Below, piece by piece: positions 15,870 to 20,000 of a stretch of DNA of 20,000 nucleotides. Numbering within the stretch: the first letter of the stretch is position 1; every line of letters begins with the position of its first letter. The notes beneath the pieces are model-generated. The model was given only the letters and a program-made list of their open reading frames with translations, made no database searches and was not told the DNA's origin. This stretch comes from an uncultured virus (IMG/VR IMGVR_UViG_3300035210_000116) (Duplodnaviria; Heunggongvirae; Uroviricota; Caudoviricetes), in the IMG/VR virus record IMGVR_UViG_3300035210_000116. One strand, written 5' to 3'. A program made the position numbers and the translations under genes.

Positions 15870-15870
15870 T
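15860..15870 (+). promoter_or_regulatory. Extended -10 promoter overlapping the HNH1 stop codon
   Basis: TGTGCTATAAT; the TAA at 15867-15869 is the HNH stop. Confidence 0.65.
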
Positions 15871-15925
15871 GCGAATGTTAGATTAATCGGTACCCAAAAG
15901 GTACATCACAAATAGGAAACACATC

Positions 15926-16360
15926 ATGGCTACTACAGCAGTTAATGTCACTCGTCAAACCGTCCTTTACGCTGAGCGTAATTTCACGTCCGACGACTTC
16001 GCCGCCAACGCAGCGGGTCACACCAAGCCCCTCATTTACCTGAAGCCAGGCACGCGCATTCTTCGTGGCGCCGTTGACATCACTACAGCTTTCCAAGGTT
16101 CTGGTACTATTACGGCCTCTGTCGGTGATACCGAGGGATCTACCCCCTCCGTCAATCGCTGGAAGACCGCCTATAATGTCAAGGCAACGGGTATCACGCC
16201 CCTTGTTGCCTCGCTCGCAGATTCCGACCTAGTCGCAGCCGAAGGGATTACACTAACCGTAGCGTCCTCGGGCACGCTTACTGGTGGGGCAGGCCGGATA
16301 TCGATCGAGTTTATAGAAAGCCCGAATCGTTCGACGGAGTTTAATACATATCGCGGCTAA
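15926..16360 (+). CDS. Putative capsid decoration/minor virion protein, 144 aa
   Basis: TAGGA RBS; T/A/G/S-rich beta-type sequence (LKPGTRILRGAVDITTAFQGSGTITASVGD); first structural-looking gene after the capsid gene. Confidence 0.6.
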   Translation: MATTAVNVTRQTVLYAERNFTSDDFAANAAGHTKPLIYLKPGTRILRGAVDITTAFQGSGTITASVGDTEGSTPSVNRWKTAYNVKATGITPLVASLADSDLVAAEGITLTVASSGTLTGGAGRISIEFIESPNRSTEFNTYRG

Positions 16361-16374
16361 ACTCTAAATACTCC

Positions 16375-16403
16375 TTGACAAATCGTTGAAGCTAGTGTAT
16401 ACT
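16375..16403 (+). promoter_or_regulatory. Near-consensus sigma70 promoter
   Basis: TTGACA-17 nt-TATACT. Confidence 0.8.
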
Positions 16404-16420
16404 TAGCTCTCAACCAAACA

Positions 16421-16452
16421 AAAACCCACTTGGTTGGCTCCAAGTGGGTTTT
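16421..16452. terminator. 13-bp hairpin, terminator-like in both directions
   Basis: AAAACCCACTTGG-TTGGCT-CCAAGTGGGTTTT. Confidence 0.7.
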
Positions 16453-16477
16453 CTAATTCTAGACAAGTGAGAGAAAA

Positions 16478-17344
16478 ATGCCTAAAACTATAGATATGAT
16501 ATCACAACGCTACGGAAATTGGGAAGTACTTTCGCAAGGCGGCAAGGACAAACGTGGTGCTATTATGTACCTTTGTCGGTGTGACTGCGGCACGCAGAGA
16601 GAAATCGTTGGATATTCGTTGCGCCGTGGAGATAGTACGAACTGCGGATGCAAGATAAACAAAATAGGAAAAGAAGGTAAAGATTTATCAGGACAAAATT
16701 TTACCAATTGGACAGTCCTAAGAAGAAATGGTAAAGACATTCATGGAGCATTGTTGTACGAATGTCATTGTGAGTGTGGTACTGTACGTGATATTGCCGG
16801 GTACTCTCTAAGAAATGGGGATTCAAAAAGCTGTGGGTGCTTACAGGCGTCTAAAACTTCGGTGCGTGCAGATGGAAAAACAACACACTGGTCCCCAACA
16901 AAAACGCACGGCATGAAAGGGACTCCAGAATATACAGCGTGGGCTGCAATGAAGGGCCGTTGCTCAAACCCTAATTACGAAAATTATCCAAACTATGGTG
17001 GTAGGGGCATAACTGTTTGTAAAGAATGGGATGATAGCTTCGAAGCTTTCTATGCGGACGTAGGACCGAGACCCGAGGGGCATAGTTTAGACCGTATAGA
17101 CGTTAATGGAAACTACGAGAAAAATAATGTAAAATGGAGTTGCTCTGAGGAGCAATGTAACAATAGAACTAATGCGAGATATCTCACCCATGACGGACGT
17201 ACACAGACAATCGCTCAGTGGTCGAAAGAGACGGGTGTTACATACCAGACTATTCACAACAGACTGGAACGCGGATGGTCAGCGGCCAATGCTCTTAGTA
17301 CTAAGAACTATAAATGCGCCCAACACGCTGATAGGAGCATCTGA
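16478..17344 (+). CDS. Free-standing HNH-type homing endonuclease 2
   Basis: Two tandem CxCxCG...G.S..CGC modules, then HGMKGTPEYTAWAAMKGRC, YGGRGITVC, SLDRIDVNGNYEKNNVKW...EQCNN and a C-terminal HTH-like tail (TIAQWSKETGVTYQTIHNRLERGW). Confidence 0.88.
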   Translation: MPKTIDMISQRYGNWEVLSQGGKDKRGAIMYLCRCDCGTQREIVGYSLRRGDSTNCGCKINKIGKEGKDLSGQNFTNWTVLRRNGKDIHGALLYECHCECGTVRDIAGYSLRNGDSKSCGCLQASKTSVRADGKTTHWSPTKTHGMKGTPEYTAWAAMKGRCSNPNYENYPNYGGRGITVCKEWDDSFEAFYADVGPRPEGHSLDRIDVNGNYEKNNVKWSCSEEQCNNRTNARYLTHDGRTQTIAQWSKETGVTYQTIHNRLERGWSAANALSTKNYKCAQHADRSI

Positions 17345-18276
17345 TGATAAAGCAAATAGTAAGTTTTTCTCAAGACCCCGGAAGCGCGTGCCAGTGGTAT
17401 AGGACTATTCCGTTTGTAGAACTACGTAGACACAGCGATGTAGCTGTTACGAATGCGTCGGGAAAAATCGGTTGGGAGACTTTTGCGCAATTTGACATCG
17501 CTTTTTTCCAGAGACCGTACACTGCAAACCACTTGGCGCTAGTTAAACTGGCCAAGAAACAGTGTCCTGTGTGGGTAGACTGGGACGACGATGTTTTTAT
17601 GATCCCAGAGTCGAATCCGTACTACTCTGAGTTCGCTACTCAGGAAGTACGCGACAATATCGGGGAAGCTCTACGCTTGGCGGATGTAATCACAGTTTCC
17701 ACTCCTGGTATTCAGAAAAATCTCGGCGGAATCGTTGTACCTAACGCCTATAACGACTATAAATTACCTACTGAGTATTCACCATGGGAGAATGTGTCTG
17801 TTCTGTGGCGCGGTGGAAACACCCATGTTGCCGATCTCTTAGCACATAAAGCAATATTAGATCAAGCTATAGCCGAGAATCCAGAGGTTAAATTCACCTT
17901 CATGAGTCTAAATCCATGGATGCTAGCACCGCAGCCAAATATAATCTTCATTCCAGAACATGATCTATTTACTTATCACGAGCTCCTTGGTATCATAAAA
18001 CCTTCTGTAGTTATCGTACCTCTGGAAAATAATCAGTTCAACAGAGGGAAGTCAAACATAGCTTGGCTTGAGACTGCGCGTTTTGGCTCTACGTGCTTGG
18101 CGCCACGTTTTGAGGAGTGGGACAGGCCAGGGATAGGAATTTTTAGTGACAGACTTAGCGTTTTCGTCAAGGAACCTGTGCCTCCGTACCAGCTTTCTTG
18201 GAACTATATTCAAGATAATTTGTTCTTGTCGAAGGTAAATAAACAAAGACTGGAGATAATTAATGAAATTTCCTGA
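17344..18276 (+). CDS. Glycosyltransferase-like protein (GT-B/GT4-like)
   Basis: VWVDWDDD, ADVITVST, VVPNA, WRGGNTHVADL and IVPLENNQFNRGKSNIAWLE motifs. Confidence 0.75.
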   Translation: MIKQIVSFSQDPGSACQWYRTIPFVELRRHSDVAVTNASGKIGWETFAQFDIAFFQRPYTANHLALVKLAKKQCPVWVDWDDDVFMIPESNPYYSEFATQEVRDNIGEALRLADVITVSTPGIQKNLGGIVVPNAYNDYKLPTEYSPWENVSVLWRGGNTHVADLLAHKAILDQAIAENPEVKFTFMSLNPWMLAPQPNIIFIPEHDLFTYHELLGIIKPSVVIVPLENNQFNRGKSNIAWLETARFGSTCLAPRFEEWDRPGIGIFSDRLSVFVKEPVPPYQLSWNYIQDNLFLSKVNKQRLEIINEIS

Positions 18277-18317
18277 TTAGAAATTACACACCGCTGCCGC
18301 CCCACCGCTTGAAAAAA

Positions 18318-18328
18318 TGTGCTAAAAT
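18318..18328 (+). promoter_or_regulatory. Extended -10 promoter
   Basis: TGTGCTAAAAT in the intergenic region. Confidence 0.55.
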
Positions 18329-18388
18329 AGCCCGTGCTAAAGCTAATACGAGAAACAAAGCATGAATCTAGATAATATAGAGGAAAAA

Positions 18389-18721
18389 ATGATCTTTGCA
18401 CGTACGTTGTTTAGCTTGTTTTTTCCTAGCACTACTGCCACATCAGTAGAACTTCAACAACTATTACGAGAGACACACAAAATGAGTAATGCACTTGAAA
18501 CCCTAACCCGCGAAGTCGCCGAGAGCCATACCGTTACTGAGTCGGCCATCGTTCTTTTGGAGGGCCTGTCAGACGCCCTGAGAGACGCTATCGAGCAGAA
18601 TAACGACACGGCTGTCCTAGCCCTTGCCGAGCAGCTCGACAAGCAGACAGCGGCCCTTGTGACTGCCCTGCAGGCCAATATCGTACCGGTTGAGCCACCT
18701 CCGGTTGAGCCGCCAGTCTAA
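18389..18721 (+). CDS. Hypothetical coiled-coil protein with Pro-rich tail
   Basis: GAGG RBS favours ATG 18389 (alternatives 18362 and 18482); amphipathic helices; ends PVEPPPVEPPV. Confidence 0.7.
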   Translation: MIFARTLFSLFFPSTTATSVELQQLLRETHKMSNALETLTREVAESHTVTESAIVLLEGLSDALRDAIEQNNDTAVLALAEQLDKQTAALVTALQANIVPVEPPPVEPPV

Positions 18722-18745
18722 CCTCTTGTCTAACCTCTTGTCTAA
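18716..18745 (+). repeat. 12-bp tandem repeat x2.5
   Basis: GTCTAACCTCTT GTCTAACCTCTT GTCTAA, beginning at the last codon and stop of the upstream gene. Confidence 0.9.
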
Positions 18746-18753
18746 GTAGGACC

Positions 18754-18779
18754 AAGCGCACTTTGGTGCGCTTTTCTTT
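18754..18779 (+). terminator. Rho-independent terminator
   Basis: AAGCGCAC-TTTG-GTGCGCTT followed by TTCTTT. Confidence 0.8.
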
Positions 18780-18791
18780 AGGAATCAACGG

Positions 18792-18959
18792 TGTAAGCGT
18801 GTAATGAGTTTGTAAACGGGAAAAGCGACGTAAGTCCTTGATTCTTGTGCTCTTAGTAGAGAAAAGAAGTTGTAAGTAGTTTTCTAACAAAGTTAAAGTT
18901 TTTTTTCTAAAAAACAATAACAAGTCTACGGTTCTAGTTTAGTTGGTTTTTACATTACA
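18792..18959 (-). repeat. 168-bp AT-rich non-coding element, copy 2 (inverted)
   Basis: Reverse complement aligns end to end with 2704-2871; contains the IHF consensus (TAAGTCCTTGATT on +, 18831-18843). Confidence 0.95.
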
Positions 18960-18995
18960 TTTGCAGCGAAATTATTTCCGACGATTCCCCAACCC

Positions 18996-19006
18996 TGTGC
19001 TATAAT
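18996..19006 (+). promoter_or_regulatory. Extended -10 promoter
   Basis: TGTGCTATAAT upstream of the GGAG RBS and ATG 19044. Confidence 0.68.
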
Positions 19007-19043
19007 GAGCATCCAAAGAACAACTTATCTGGAGAAACAGTAA

Positions 19044-19244
19044 ATGATATTCATCGGCAATCGCATCGACACAGTCCGCACTACGCAAGGGCATACGATT
19101 TTCTTTCCTGCCGAGGGCGCTGAAGTGTACGTTCCAGACGACACAGCAGTCCAAAAAGCATGCATAGATCGTGGGCACCAACCGAAAAAGGAGCCAAAAG
19201 TCAAATTCATACCAGTGCTTACGACATCGAAGGAAAAAGAGTAA
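19044..19244 (+). CDS. Hypothetical protein, 66 aa
   Basis: GGAG RBS, own promoter, operon packing. Confidence 0.72.
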   Translation: MIFIGNRIDTVRTTQGHTIFFPAEGAEVYVPDDTAVQKACIDRGHQPKKEPKVKFIPVLTTSKEKE

Positions 19245-19249
19245 CTTAA

Positions 19250-19600
19250 ATGGCAATCGCCGTCCCTGATATCCAGCATCTTGGTTCCGTCAAGCGTGGA
19301 GACACGTGGAATATTTCTATAACCTGGTTACAATCACTAGGCGGTAATCCAGTAGACCTCGCAAATAGTACGTCGCGCATGCAGATTCGCGACAAGCGGC
19401 ATATTTTGCTTGCCGAAGCAGATTCGTGCGAGGCGGACATACTTACTGGAACAGTATATGCCACATTTCTTCCTGATACAACGGCAGACGTGCCTCCTGG
19501 ACTCTACTACACTGATCAAGAGGTTACTTTCTCTATCGACGACGTTAAATCTTCACCAACGGTCACACTGTTAGTTTTGCAGGACCAGACATATGACTGA
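19250..19600 (+). CDS. Putative virion protein, BppU/Ig-like fibre-associated domain
   Basis: VKRGDTW...[16 protein letters not shown]...[16 protein letters not shown] pattern, typical of small beta-sandwich proteins that precede fibre genes. Confidence 0.6.
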   Translation: MAIAVPDIQHLGSVKRGDTWNISITWLQSLGGNPVDLANSTSRMQIRDKRHILLAEADSCEADILTGTVYATFLPDTTADVPPGLYYTDQEVTFSIDDVKSSPTVTLLVLQDQTYD

Positions 19601-20000
19601 TTTTAGTCTGATAATTAGCTTAGAGCCCGATCCGGCAATAGTTTCAATCATTACGGCTAGTCCAGCTATGGCTGTAGTTTCAGGACTGCAAGGTTCTCCT
19701 GGCTCTAAAGGAGACCAGGGTAATGTTGGGGCAAAGGGAGATCGCGGGGATGCCGGACCTAAAGGAGAAGATGGATTTATAGGGCACGATGGCACTAAGG
19801 GCGACACAGGAGCCGCCGGTACCGACGGAGCTAAAGGAGACAAGGGAGACACAGGAGCCGCCGGTACCGACGGAGCTAAAGGAGACAAGGGAGACAAGGG
19901 AGACACAGGAGCCGCTGGTGCTAAGGGCGACACAGGAGCCGCTGGTGCTAAGGGCGACACAGGAGCCGCTGGTGCTAAGGGCGACACAGGAGCCGCTGGT
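19593..20000 (+). CDS. Collagen-like (Gly-X-Y) fibre protein, 3'-truncated (not in ORF track)
   Basis: ATG 19593 overlaps the upstream gene end. [30 protein letters not shown] is followed by uninterrupted [30 protein letters not shown]...[10 protein letters not shown] to the window end. Confidence 0.9.
   Translation, partial: MTDFSLIISLEPDPAIVSIITASPAMAVVSGLQGSPGSKGDQGNVGAKGDRGDAGPKGEDGFIGHDGTKGDTGAAGTDGAKGDKGDTGAAGTDGAKGDKGDKGDTGAAGAKGDTGAAGAKGDTGAAGAKGDTGAAG
19803..20000 (+). repeat. Coding tandem repeats in the collagen region
   Basis: 45-bp unit x2 (19803-19892), one 9-bp GACAAGGGA, then 27-bp unit GACACAGGAGCCGCTGGTGCTAAGGGC x3 plus a partial copy (19902-20000). Confidence 0.92.

Noticed and set aside
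18588..18923. Minus-strand 111-aa ORF running through element copy 2
   Set aside because: The equivalent frame in copy 1 is broken by a 1-nt indel and stops early (MFCLFFRKKTLTLFRKLLTTSFLY*). It also crosses a terminator and overlaps a + strand gene.
19571..19987. Minus-strand Pro/Ala/Ser repeat ORF
   Set aside because: Antisense shadow of the collagen Gly-X-Y repeat.
1..20000. tRNA, rRNA, CRISPR array, integrase, reverse transcriptase or group I intron
   Set aside because: None recognised by eye. RNR, terL, portal and capsid frames are continuous, so no intron is needed. A covariance-model search was not possible.

Overview
A segment of a tailed dsDNA bacteriophage, probably podovirus-type with an N4-gp56-like capsid and P22/N4-like portal; the host is probably proteobacterial (inferred). 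Almost all genes are on the + strand. In order: the 3' part of an intein-containing terminase large subunit, an IHF/HU-like protein, one antisense small gene, a non-structural block (NADAR hydrolase, GatB/YqeY-tail protein, class II ribonucleotide reductase with a Gln-terminated LAGLIDADG intein), then a putative adaptor, portal, scaffold, major capsid, two free-standing HNH endonucleases flanking a putative decoration gene, a glycosyltransferase, and the start of a collagen-like fibre. Three non-gene observations stand out. (1) A 168-bp AT-rich non-coding element occurs twice, inverted and 16 kb apart (2704-2871 and 18792-18959, about 85% identical by manual alignment). It carries TGTAA/TTACA repeats and a perfect IHF consensus site, in a phage that encodes its own IHF-like protein. 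(2) An orphan, mostly synonymously diverged second copy of the last 19 codons of the RNR gene (the redox C-terminal tail) lies just downstream of the gene. (3) A TGTGYTAWAMT extended -10 motif precedes the structural blocks. All functional calls come from motif recognition, not database searches.
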